From Eledone cirrhosa (Eukaryota), in contig OZ024740.1 of assembly GCA_964016885.1 (NCBI GenBank), positions 358,546,001 through 358,610,000 of the forward strand: a stretch of 64,000 nt of DNA, given 5' to 3'. Numbering within the stretch: position 1 is the stretch's first letter; every line of letters starts with the position of its first letter. The translations under genes and the position numbers were made by a program. The notes beneath the pieces were generated by a model, which did no database searches, was not told the DNA's origin, and was given only the letters and a program-made list of their open reading frames with translations. Positions 1-12,208 of this stretch are shown here, piece by piece.

Positions 1-36
1 AGAACTGTTTCATTCAGATGAAATCTTCAGGAAGCT
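1..36 (-). ncRNA. Hammerhead ribozyme motif, truncated by the window edge
   Basis: Minus strand AGCTTC-CTGAAGA-TTTCATCTGAAT-GAAA-CAGTTCT; the family 3' part (AGTCCTG-TA-GAAGC) is seen in relatives at 34031 and 43665. Confidence 0.6.
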
Positions 37-149
37 GGGTGTCATATTAAGTTCTGGTATTTATACATTTAGGTAGTGGTAAGGGAGGGGGGGGGGTAGG
101 TTGGTATTTAGATACACAGGACCATAACATGGCACAGACCGTTTTTTCT

Positions 150-430
150 TTGGGGAGTACAACGCATATATAGACGAGATCTTTTTTTAGACAGTTGTTG
201 TTGAGGGGGCAAGTAGTCTTATCAGGGCAATTGCAATTGTCATCGGTTGCTGGATGGGCTTCGGAAAAAGTAGACTTATTTAGCTTATTGACGTTATTGT
301 TGGCTAAGTTCCTAGCTAGATTAGGTGTGGTAGAGTAGGAGAGTCTGATGGTATTCTTATTAAGGATTGTATAGTACCTATGTTGGGTGGGGAAGTGTTT
401 TTGTAGGAGAGTGAAGAAAATTTTAGCTGT
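150..430 (-). mobile_element. Penelope-like element ORF remnant (thumb/linker, CNC motif)
   Basis: AKIFFTLLQKHFP..HRYYTILNKNTIRLSYSTTPNL..CNCPDKTTCPLNNNCL..VYIC, homologous to the PLE ORFs at 24-25 kb and 31-32 kb. Confidence 0.8.
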
Positions 431-526
431 GTGTATGTATGTGTTTGTGTGTGTGTATGTATGTGCATGTATGTGTGTGTATATGTATGTATATGTATGT
501 ATAGAATAGTTTATACCGAGAGACAT

Positions 527-578
<52 letters not shown>

Positions 579-1134
579 ACATATATATGTGTATGTATAT
601 ATGTGTGTGTATGTGTATGCGTGTGTGCGTATATGTATGTGTATGTGCTTTTTTGTGTGTGTATATATATATATATGTATAGATATACATATATATGTGT
701 GTGTAAGTGTTTATGTATGTGGTTGTGAGTATGTAAATATATTTTATTCTTTTCATTCTACAAAAACACTCTGGCCACCTGTAGCTTGTATGTTAACTTG
801 ACCACTCACCATAGAACAATGGTCTGTGCCATGATTCGGTCTTGTTTATCTTCTAATACCAACCCACCTAAAAAAAATTTCCCTACTATATATCTGTTGA
901 ATTACTATTCTTGGGGTTTTTATTTATTTTTATTTATTTATTTATTTATTCATTTATTTATTTATGTATTTATTTATTTACTTTTTCTTTTCTTTTTCTT
1001 TTTCTTTTTCTTTTTCTTTTTCTTTTTCTTTTTATTTTTATTTTACAAAAGCACTCCGACTAATTGACCACTCCCCAAAGAAAAAACGGTCTGTGCCATG
1101 TTATGGTCCTGTGTATCTAAATACCAACCTACCA

Positions 1135-2203
1135 AATATACGTACCAATCAAATATACGTACGAGAAGGTATACGTACCTTCACAAAACATACGGGTAGT
1201 ATATACTTACCTATGCAAATAAGTATGTTTTGTGAAGGTACGTATACCTTCTCGTACGTATATTTGATTGCTATGGCGTATAATTTTTATATATTCTGGT
1301 ACATAGGGTTTGGCTATGTGCATACGGGAGTTTTTGCGTCTGTGTGATTATGTAGGTTCGTACGTATGGTGGGTGTGTGTATATGTGTACTTCTTGTTTT
1401 AGTTGACTTACGTCTCCGAACATTCGTGTATTTATATGTAGGTATGTGTGTGCGCTTGTTATATACGTATTTATTTATTTATATACGTTTATATAATTAT
1501 TTATTTATTTGTATACACGCATACACACACACATATTTATATGTGCGTGGTTTTGTATACCTATGGTAAGGTTTTGCGTATGCGTGTATGTACGTTTTTG
1601 TTTGTGTGTATGTATTTATTTATTACTTCTGTATTGTATTTATTTACTTTGTTCTTAACTCTGTAGCGGAGATTCATTTGGTCTCCTAGTTAGAATTTTA
1701 AGTCTACGACTTCTGCTGTACCATTTACGTGGTTTAGTCTTTGCGTGCTATTGTTCTCCACGGTCCACATATGACGTATTATCTTCGTTTTTTCGTTCAT
1801 TGCCAGAGAACGTCTCTATGCACCACCTAAGAGAACATTAGTCTACGACCTCTTTTATACCATAAACGTGGTTCTGTCTTTGCGCGTAAATGTTTTTCAC
1901 CGCTCCTATTAATGACGTATTATTCGTTTTTTCCCGTTCTTCGCCAGCGAACGTTTCCACGAACCAAAGTATCGTCTTCCTGTCTTCCTCCGGTTGCAAC
2001 GTTTTTTGAAATATCCAGTTCTGCGTTTACAGATTGACTTTGTTAGTTTCAGAAAATCCCGTTAAGGGTGAAAGCAGCGATTCTTTGCTTAAACTTTAAT
2101 CTGTTATTTTAATAAATATTTGCTCTACGGTTCTTATATATTTGATATATATTTATCCTTATCGAGCCCTCTTTGGATTTTAGTCTTCAAATTTATTATT
2201 ATT

Positions 2204-2210
<7 letters not shown>
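1135..2210 (+). mobile_element. PLE family A 3' UTR/pseudo-LTR, no ORF
   Basis: Colinear with 39280-40355; ends in (TA)n; short internal inversion at 1135-1270; contains an HHR. Confidence 0.8.
2045..2095 (+). ncRNA. HHR-like motif, family A (A4 core, here CAGAAAA)
   Basis: AGTTT-CAGAAAA-TCCCGTTAAGGGT-GAAA-GCA(N9)TGC-TT-AAACT. Confidence 0.55.
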
Positions 2211-2279
<69 letters not shown>

Positions 2280-2434
2280 TATATTGATAAGCAGAAGTGA
2301 GGGAAGAAACTCTCACATCTAGAATCAACGACCTCAACATTCTAAGAAACAGCACTAATATCGAAAGCACCAAACGTTGTGTTCTCCAGTGTTTTGTAAG
2401 AGTATGGGTTATGTTATATTATTGGATGCTTATT

Positions 2435-2627
2435 GGGCGGTGGATTGGCAGTATCGGTAGAGGGTCGGACGCCATGCTTTGACGCATAGAGATACGGCCC
2501 TTGCAATTCTGACTTCAAATCCCGCCGAGGTCAACTTTGCCTTTCATCCTTACGGGGTCGATAAAATAAAGTACCAGTAATGTACTGGGTAATTGCTGGC
2601 CTTGTGCCAAAAGTAGAAACAATTATT
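2435..2627 (+). mobile_element. tRNA-derived SINE, full length
   Basis: A box TGGCAGTATCGG, B-box-like GACTTCAAATCC, central GCCTTTCATCCTTACGGGGTCGATAAAAT domain, ATT tail, target-site duplication ATTATTGGATGCTTATTG. Confidence 0.9.
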
Positions 2628-3128
2628 GGATGCTTATTGTATACGGTGTGAGATGTACAGTTTGTGTTGTGCAACTGAATCGATAATATTTTGCAAATTA
2701 CTCAATAAATTATCTTTTTTGGTCAACATAAGCCCTCCTCTATATCCACAAAAATTATATTTCAGCACATTCATTATGTTTTTTTTTTTTGCGTTGTGTT
2801 TCTCAAAATCCTAAATTTATAATGGCGCCATTGATATAGTAAAATGACTCATTGATGTGTTGCTGTCTCGACAACGCCAATATAAATTTAATCGAACCTA
2901 AGCAGTGGTCAATATATCAATAAAGTTGTTTATTAAAAAAAACATAAAAGTCAATAACTTAAAAGCAAAGTCGCTCGCTTTCTAAAAAAAGGATTGTATC
3001 TAAAAATGTCATCCATATTTCGGAAAATCTTTGTTTAGATTAAGTCAAATTTATTCAACATCGAGTAACGAAGTACAACGCGTGTATTCAAGCCGACATC
3101 CAATAACAACAACAACAACAACACAAAT

Positions 3129-3322
3129 AATAATAATTGTTTCTACTTTAGGCACAAGGCCAGCAATTATCCAGTGCATTACTGGTACTTTATTTTATCG
3201 ACCCCGTAAGGATGAAAGGCAAAGTCAACCTCGGCGGGATTTGAACTCAGATCGTAAAGGGACGTAACTATGCTGGAAAGCATGGCGTCCGACCCTCTAC
3301 CGATACTGCCAATCCACCGCCC
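3129..3322 (-). mobile_element. tRNA-derived SINE, full length
   Basis: Reverse complement of the 2435 family; flanking duplication CAACACAAATAATAATAAT. Confidence 0.9.
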
Positions 3323-3347
3323 AATCCAACACAAATAATAATAATGA

Positions 3348-3437
3348 TAATTGTTTCTACTTTTTGCACAAGGCCAGCAATTATCCCAGTGTATTACTGG
3401 TACTTTATTTTATCGACGCCGTAAGGATGAAAGGCAA

Positions 3438-3441
<4 letters not shown>
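3348..3441 (-). mobile_element. 5'-truncated SINE
   Basis: 3' half of the same family, within an (AAT)n array. Confidence 0.85.
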
Positions 3442-3513
<72 letters not shown>

Positions 3514-3517
<4 letters not shown>

Positions 3518-6500
3518 CCCCGCGACCAAGAAATACCGGGATGGCGGCCGGCGGGGAATAGCCGTGTCTCTAGGGGAGAACGACCCCTCTAGTCTTGGTT
3601 GACACTCGTTCTAGAAGTGGTAACACGAAATGATTACCCCTTGGCGGATAAGGATAAAACGCGACAAAATAAAGTAAATGTCTAATGATAAAATCTCATA
3701 CCGGATCGGCCGTCACCCGGGTAAAAAAGGGCCGCGTCTCTCAGAGAGGAACCAGACTGGGGTCGAAAAATCAGCTAATGGTTCAAACCTTCCCATCACT
3801 TCGGAGCTGGAGACCTCCCATAACCGGAATACTCCTATTGTTGGCCCTCCAGGCTCACCACCAAGAAATCCAAAGAAAAAGAGAGAAAAATGGTCAAGGG
3901 AAGATAATAAAGAAGTCCTTGAGGCTTTCTACACTGCCATGTACTACCCATCAAATACATCGAATACAGAACAGACATATATCAACTGGAAAAAGAAACA
4001 TCCCGAAAAGAGAGGCTATATTGACAGCAACAAACTAGCCAATATACGAAGAAATATTGTAAGAAAAAAGTTACTAACTGATATAGAAATTGATCAGATC
4101 AAGCTATTAGCACAAAGTCAGCGAAGGGAAAATGAAACATGTGTCAGTGAAAATGAGGTAAACTGTAACACTTCGAATCCCAGGGTTGGGGCAGAATCAC
4201 TGGCAACAGAAAAAATTAAAGAAAGGATCGAAAAAGTGGAGGGAGTGCATGCTCAGGATGAAACTCCAAATGAAAATAAAGAGATCGTAAATGATAAAGA
4301 AATGAATGAGAATGAACTTGCCAACTTGAAGGATGAAATTATGATCGAATGGATGAAAATGAAAGAATCTGACATGGGGCAACGAGACACCCTCCCTAAG
4401 ATCCAGAACTCCAAACAGAACCAAAAGATAATACACAAGACTAACATAATTCTCAAAAACATTATCATCACAAACAAACTAAACATTACTGATTTAAATC
4501 ATCTCTATTATGCATCGGCTAAAGTCACCACTCACTTATGTGGAGTGAAGATGAAAAAACAAAGGAATTCCCACAAGAAATCTACTTGGCAAGAGAACAT
4601 CAATCGCCAAATAAACCTTCTCCGATCTGACATAGAAATTTTAACAAACTATAAAGTAGGTGAACATGTTAAACAAACTAAACTTAGAAAATTGAAAAAA
4701 AAGTACAGTATAAAATCAACATGTGACATAGACATGCTGATAGAAATAATCAAGCAAAAAGTGTCGGCCAAAGCTGCTCGTATAAGGCGCTTTGAAAAAC
4801 GATCTAGATTCTATAAGGACAATAATATGTTCAAAAACAACCAAAGAAACTTCTACAGAAAAATTGGTAAGTCAACAATAACTGCTAAATCAATACCACC
4901 CAAGGAGGAAGTGCAAGAATTCTGGGAAAAGATCTGGGCCGAAGAAAAAGTTCATAACATACATGCCCCATGGATAGACAGACAAATGAAAGATACAGCT
5001 CACCTTGAGGAACAAACATGGGAAAATATAACAGTTGAACAGTTGCGCTTGGCTCTAAGAAAAACCAGCAAATGGAAATCCCCAGGAAAAGACAAAATAC
5101 AAAACTTTTGGATAAATGCCTTCACAGAGTCTCATGAGCTGTTAGCCCAACTTTACAATGAAATAGTTAAGGAGCCAGAAAAGATACCTTCATGGCTAGT
5201 TAACGGCATTACATTCCTGCTTCCGAAGAATGATGAGACAAACAATCCCAAAAATTACAGACCGATAACTTGCTTGACCACAATGTATAACATTTTAACA
5301 TCAGTCCTAACTGAATACACATATGACCACCTGATAACAAATGACCTATTTCCCATTGAGCAGAAAGGGTGTAAACGAGGCTCATATGGCTGTAAGGATC
5401 AGCTTCTGCTAAACAAAATGATACTGGAAGATTGTCATAATAGACACAAAAATCTATCGATTGCTTGGATAGATTATAAAAAAGCATTTGATAGTTTGCC
5501 ACACAGTTGGATTGAAAAATGTTTAGAGATTTTCAAAGTATCCCCCGTTGTCAGGAGGTTTTTGTTATTCAGTATGAAGACATGGAAAACGACACTCCTT
5601 TTGAATAGTGAAACAAAATCACTGGAAGCGGGAGAAGTTAATATTAAGTGTGGAATTTTTCAGGGTGACTCTTTATCACCGCTTTTATTCTGCATCGCAC
5701 TTATACCATTAAGTAAAATGCTCAATGAAACAAAACATGGATATAAAGTCTATGACAAAACCATTAATCACCTGTTCTACATGGATGACCTGAAACTATT
5801 TGCAAAGAATGATGAACAATTGCAAGGGCTATTATCCACTGTGAAGCAGTTCAGTGATGACATTAAAATGGAGTTTTGACTAGATAAATGCGCCAAAGCA
5901 ACGTTCACCAGAGGAAAGCTGCTGAAGAGTTCAGACATTAATCTTGATCGGGGGAACGTGATAAGAGAACTTGATCAAGAAAAAACTTACAAATATCTAG
6001 GTGTTTGTGAAGGAGACGGAATCAAGCACTCGACAATGAGGGAAAGGATAAGGAAGGAATGTTCCCGCAGAGTGAGAGCAATCTTAAAAACGGAATTGAA
6101 TGCAAGGAATAGGATCGATGCCATAAACACGCTTGCCATACCAGTAGTAACCTACAGTTACAATGTCATCAACTGGTCAAGCACAGAGATCCGTAGGCTC
6201 GATACAAAAATTCGAAAATTCTTAACCATGCACAGAATGCATCACCCTAAAGCAGATATAGATAGAATATATCTCCCTAGGAAAGAAGGAGGACGTGGGT
6301 TAATCCAGTTAGACATTGCGTTGAAAACTGCAACAATTGGATTATCTACATATCTAAGGGAATCACATGATTGGATGATCAAACTCGTTTTGAAACACGA
6401 AAGCATCAAAAGATCATATTCCATTACAAAAGATGCACAAAGATACAGTAATGGACTACAAATTTCAGAAGTCCCATTTACTGCTGAAATGGAAAACACA

Positions 6501-7471
6501 GAAAAAGCAAAGCAGGTAAAAGTAACTGCAAAGAAAGAACTGCTACAGAAACTGGCTAAGAAATGGCAAGAAAAGCCTCTGTATGGAAAATACCCAGAGC
6601 GAGCTAACAATCCTGATGTTGACAAAACTTTAACCCATCAGTGGTTGGCATCCTCTGGACTGAAATCGGAGACTGAAGGACTGATTATATCGGCACAAGA
6701 TCAGTGTCTGCCAACAAAAAATTACCAAGCCAACATAATAAAAAATGGGTGCAGCCCATTATGCCGTGTATGCAAAAAACAACCAGAGACCATTGACCAT
6801 ATAATTTCAATGTGCAGTCCTATAGCTCCAACCGAATACCTAAACATGCATGACAGAGCTGCACAATACATACATTGGATAATGTGTAAGCATTTTGACC
6901 TGCCCCATCAAAAGAATTGGTGGGAGCATCAACCACCTCCCATACTTGAAAAAGATCACATCTCAATCTTGTGGAACTTTAGCATCCAAACAGACCGAAA
7001 AATAGATGCAAACAGACCTGATATAATATTGAAAGACTTTCAAAAGAGGGTATGCCTGCTAATTGATATGTCTGTTCCAATAGACAAGAATGTATCTATA
7101 AAAACATTTGAAAAATTGAGCAAGTATAAGGACCTGGAGATAGAAATTGGAAAAATGTGGAAATTGAGAACTAAAACAATACCAGTAGTTGTAGGCGCTC
7201 TGGGAATGATACCTAAGGGGTCTAATGATTACATATCGCAAATCCCAGGAAACCCGCGTATAGGAGAAATACAAAAGATAGTACTAATGGGAACTGCCCA
7301 TATACTAAGGAAGATTCTGTCAATATAAGTACATCACAAGTCTAAACACTAAAGATGCATGTGTGAATATGTATGTTCTTTCTTGAACATGGCGGACCTT
7401 GTTGTCTCTTGAGGTCACTGGTTGTGACTTGGTGATAACTCGTATGAACATAAAGCAAGATAAATGCAACT

Positions 7472-7472
<1 letters not shown>
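3514..7472 (+). mobile_element. R4/Dong-like RLE non-LTR retrotransposon, apparently full length
   Basis: Flanked by (AAT)n on both sides; single long ORF with RT, CCHC and restriction-like endonuclease; (TAA)n targeting is known for Dong-type elements. Confidence 0.9.
3678..7328 (+). pseudogene. RT-RLE polyprotein (~1216 codons) interrupted by one in-frame TGA at 5877-5879
   Basis: ORFs 3678-5879 and 5958-7328 are in the same frame; motifs WIDYKKAFDS, GIFQGDSLSPLLF, YMDD, CRVC..HIISMC, RPDII..IDMSVP, KLSKY; MEF*LDKC matches the usual MEFGLDKC. Confidence 0.9.
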
Positions 7473-7512
<40 letters not shown>

Positions 7513-7515
<3 letters not shown>

Positions 7516-7600
7516 TGTTTCTACTTTTGGCACAAGGCCAGCAATTACCCAATGCATTACTGGTACTTTATTCTATCGACCCCGGAAGGATGAAAGGCAA

Positions 7601-7604
<4 letters not shown>
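7513..7604 (-). mobile_element. 5'-truncated SINE
   Basis: Same family and same truncation point as 3348-3441. Confidence 0.85.
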
Positions 7605-7658
<54 letters not shown>

Positions 7659-7662
<4 letters not shown>

Positions 7663-8330
7663 TCTTTATTAACCACAAGGGTTTACATAAAGTAGACATT
7701 AAGGACAGTACAGGACAATACAGGACGGTACAATGATAATAATAATAATGATTTCTTTATTAGCCACACAAGGCTCACATTAAGGAAACATTAAAGACGA
7801 TACAGGATGATACAATGTGGGTTTTTTGTGTAAAATAAAATTTATAAAAGAGACTAAGAAAATAAACATTTAAAACAAACATAACAACTTCCCCAAAGTT
7901 GAGGAATCTCTAACTGTCACTTGTGTAGAAATCCCCCCAAAGCCACGGTCACCCTGTCCGCTAGAGCAAAGTGCCTTCTCCCAGTCTTTCTACTCCAATC
8001 TACAGGCGTATGCTCAAGGTAACCCATTTACACGGACCATGCTCGCCACTTTCACCCACCTTTCAACAAACTGGTTGGAAGGCAGCACTTCCCTCTCCCC
8101 CCTGATTTTCCTCTTCAAGTGAATTTAAAAAAAGTTAATCAGAGCTTCGCCAAAGAGGAAGATGGTTGTCTTCAACCTTTTCAAACGCGTCCACCACACG
8201 ACTTCTTTCACCATGGCCACCAGGCAGATAAAAACTGCCTGCCCTTCCCTTCTAAGTTGATAGTCGGATCCTTCCTACACGTCACAGGAGGTGCCTGACA
8301 TAAACCCACAGGTCAGCAATACTCGGACAC
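7659..8330 (-). mobile_element. Tx1/L1-like LINE 3' fragments (two tails)
   Basis: Homologous to 44190-44755 (LVAMVKEVVWWTRL..ERWVKVA); AATAAAGAAA followed by (ATT)n at 7659 and 7750. Confidence 0.65.
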
Positions 8331-8334
8331 TCGG

Positions 8335-8995
8335 TCATTATTTACGTGAAATGCTTATGAAAATTGACAAAGATAGGAAATGGGATTGGACAAGGCCAAG
8401 TGACTTAAATTTTGAACCCCAGGCTCTTATTTTTGCAGCCCAGGAACAGGTACGGAGAACAATGGAAGGCACGACAAATGGTATGAATAACAACCGGAAA
8501 GGGTTGCTGAACATGAAAAGTATAAGATCTTGTGGGAGATGACCATCCAATGTGACCCTTTTATTGTGGCTAGAAACCCTGACATTGTTGTCGTAGAAAA
8601 GAAGAATAACAAGGCATGTATTGTAGATATTGCTTCACTGTCAGATGACGTGGTGAATGAGAAGGAAAGTGAGAAAGTTGAGAAATACCAGGTACTGAAG
8701 AGCGAAATCAGGAAACTGGAGAATCAGACACGTAGAAATAGTTGGTGCACTGGGAGCAGCTTGTAGAAGGTTGGATGTGTGGCTTGAGAAGCTAGGAATT
8801 AGCGCTAGGACAGGATTGTTACAGAAAACAGCCTTATTGGGAACAATACTAATTCTAAGAAGGGCGTTGGAAAGTTGAAGGAGATGGTACGACCCAAAGG
8901 ACCTTTGGCCATTGGCTATAGCTCACTCTTTTGATATAGTGTCGGTATAACACCTGCCAGAACAAAATCGTTATGAATAATGACAATAATAATAA
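8335..8995 (+). mobile_element. Second, decayed RLE element 3' fragment
   Basis: ALIFAAQEQ, PDIVVVEK..IVDIA, EKVEKYQ, LQKTALLGT..ILRRAL; AAT tail. Confidence 0.8.
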
Positions 8996-10253
8996 TGTTG
9001 ATGATGATATAAGTATGTATACTATACATCAGTCATCTATAGCAGTATACTTTAATATATATTTATAATTTTGTATATTTCCTTTAAAAAATCGTAAATA
9101 TTTAGATTTCTCGCTAATTCCTAAGCAATGGACGTAGATAATCGCTTGATGTTTGGAACAATACTCCTCTTTTTGATATTAAATGGAAATGATATTACAC
9201 CTGTTAATTTTATACTCTAAAAAGTGCAGTAATTTTAATTTTTAGTGCTATCAGCAAAACTTATGACTTGAATTTGAAAGTACAGTGGTAGGGAATTATT
9301 CTTTTAATTGCAAATTCATCTTTAAAACCAAGGATGGTAATGAAATTAAAATGCTTATGAATAAATAATCAATTGGAATTAATGATTTCGTAGAAATCGA
9401 AATTGGCTTTTAAATTGAATTTGTATGTGAATTCAAAACAAGTCCAACTAAGCAATGAAACTCACACTAGCTATTGATTGAATAGTAGATTTTACACAGA
9501 CTCACACAATATATACACATATAGATGCACATACAGGAGGGAGATTAATTTATTACGGAATACTTGACATTTTATCTCAAATTTGAACATGAAACATCTA
9601 TTTTATTGTTGTTGAATCTGTATATATAGAATGAATAACGGATCTAACTTTAGAGAAATACCATTCTTAAGCTAATTGTGTGGCAAATGGTTGTCAAGCA
9701 CACGTAACACTGCCGAGAAAATGTTCACTCTGTGGTAGGCCTTCGCGAAATCGTAGGGATATTGACGAGAAGTCTATGCTTGTTTTGTGGAACATTTTGC
9801 GGCACAACGTGTGATGTGTTTTGCATGGGATAGACGGACAGCGTTTTGTTGTCTTGTGTTCCCCGTACGTATGTCCAAGTATTGTGTTAGTGTAAATTGT
9901 TAATCAACAATAAATTTTAATCTGGCCGATTTTACACGCGCAAATAAGAAGAACCAGGGCCGCTCCTAGGAGCATTGGATTTGGTTTGCTTCATATTTGT
10001 TTCAGTTGTTCAATACAATCAGGGGTCGCTGCTTCTCCTGAAGGTCAATAGTTCTCTTCTAACTCGAGAGGGAGCGCCTTTTCATTGTCAATTTGCATTG
10101 ATCATCTGCAAAGCCGCATTGTTCTCAGAACCACTACACCATTCTTTCGATGCGCGCAGCTGGAACTACTGCCACCCATTGATTTGGTAATCAAATTGTT
10201 AATGTGGTAACCAAAACCAATTAATGTGTGTTTTTCATCTCTCCTGTTTACCT

Positions 10254-11191
10254 CATGAACAGGATTGAAATGCACAGTCGAGTTGGAGGTGGTAACAAAG
10301 CAGGCGGATGTAATATCAGTTGGCTGGAATTTGGAAACGACATGATACTATTTAACTAATTGGAAGGGGATATTCGACATGCACTTAATGAAGAATGCTA
10401 CCAAGTGCAGCACAACAGGAATTTTTAAAAATCAATGTTGCGAAATATGTGACACTAGCTTTCAGAAACAAGGCCTGTGAACTGTGCATGTGAATGGTAT
10501 TATACTGAAGCAGGTGGAGAAGTATCCTGTGGCCGTGATCACGAGTGATGGAATACAAGAAGCTGAATTAAATGCAAGAATTGTAGAAGCTGTAAAGTAA
10601 TGTGGAGGCTTCATCACTCGGTAATCAGAAGTCAGGTTGCTGTAAGAGGCAAGTTCGCTATCTCCAGTTCGGTATTCATGACAACCCTTACTTATGATCA
10701 CGAATCATTGTTAATGACCGAAAGAATATCATCGTGAAAACAAGCAGCTAAAATGGGTTTCCTCCGAAGAGTTCTTGGAGTAATGTTGATCAATAGAGTT
10801 CATAGTTCGTAGACCAAGGGATCGGTCTCAAGTGGAGTTACTACTTCTAATTCAGAGACAACAGCTCCATTAATAGACATATAGTTAGAACATCCAACGA
10901 AAGAATCGCTGAACAAATTTTACGGGCAAAAACCAACCTGCAGGACTCAGTTGTAGATGCCGAGCAAGTCGTTTGGATAACATTCATGAGCCCGACTGGA
11001 CACACTTGTGGATTTAGTCGGATCAATTGGAGACAGTTACTTCTGACAGAAATTGCTGGATGGTGTGCTTGAGGATTTCCCTCCATTATACTGTCAGACA
11101 TATGTGGAAGAAGAAGAAGAAGAAGAAGAAGAAGAAGAAGAAGAAGAAGAAGAAGAAGAAGAAGAAGAAGAAGAAGAAGAAGAAGAAGAAG

Positions 11192-11229
<38 letters not shown>

Positions 11230-11231
11230 CC
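10254..11231 (+). mobile_element. RTE-clade LINE 3' fragment with (GAA)n(CAA)n tail
   Basis: Degenerate RT C-terminal half homologous to 19445-19995. Confidence 0.7.
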
Positions 11232-12109
11232 TTGTAATTTATGATCTTCTGTAGCCACCGAAACAGATAATGAAACGTTTTTATCACTAGTCTTGTCTTT
11301 ATAAATGTGCCCACACTATAGATTTCGTTGTCAATTTAATATGTTCGAAACCAAATAATACAATGTTTGCCACAATCTCATATAACTTAGTCTGTTAGAA
11401 ACACACTAAGTTAGATTGTGTTGGATGAAGTCATATCTAAATGTATAGCATTTGTAAAGTTTCCAATAGAAAAATGTCTACCAACATCCCCGTATTTGAA
11501 AACAAATGTTTAATCAACGTTTCGTTGCATGCTTTTTGAATTCCAATAAAAACAAATTTAATTTATAAACTAATTTGGAATTCTACGAAATAATAGATAT
11601 TAATTGAATAAAACCTTTATTTAGTTGGGTTTTTTTAAAATTTATTTGTATAAGCTTTGATTTGTTTGCCGTCCGTAGTTTTAAAGATAAATAGAAGTTA
11701 CCATTGAAATTTAAAAGAAACTCTATACCACTACATTTACTTTGTTTAATGATATTAAAAAATAAGTTTAATATAATTTATTTTCAGAAAAACAAATTAG
11801 ATGTTTCTAATAGTTACTTTTATGTCTCATTCAGAATTACGTGAGTCATGACCCATATAGTTGAAGGCAATAGAAGCGTCTTTCGTTTACACAATTTCTT
11901 TAAATAAATTTATTTAATGTCTTCACCAAGAATTTCACCTGAATTTGAAAAAACATTTCTTCACAATCTTGCTTTTCAATATTCTTTCACAGACACACAG
12001 AATGAACACCTCCCGTGATATATGCAGAGGAATTGGAGTGAATGATATATTTACACACACGCATCTGCACCCCCACCCACCCATTTATATATACTGTATA
12101 TATATATAA

Positions 12110-12143
<34 letters not shown>

Positions 12144-12169
12144 TATTCCGGGTTCAATCGGGGGTAACC

Positions 12170-12205
<36 letters not shown>

Positions 12206-12208
<3 letters not shown>

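Noticed and set aside
1700-1990. Tandem ~120-bp subrepeats (also 39850-40130) as a CRISPR-like array or SECIS
   Set aside because: Degenerate tandem duplications in the PLE 3' UTR, with no unique spacers and no AAR loop at SECIS spacing after ATGA
5877-5879. TGA in the R4/Dong ORF as selenocysteine or programmed readthrough
   Set aside because: It falls on the conserved Gly of MEFGLDKC, explained by a single GGA-to-TGA change, not at a Cys position
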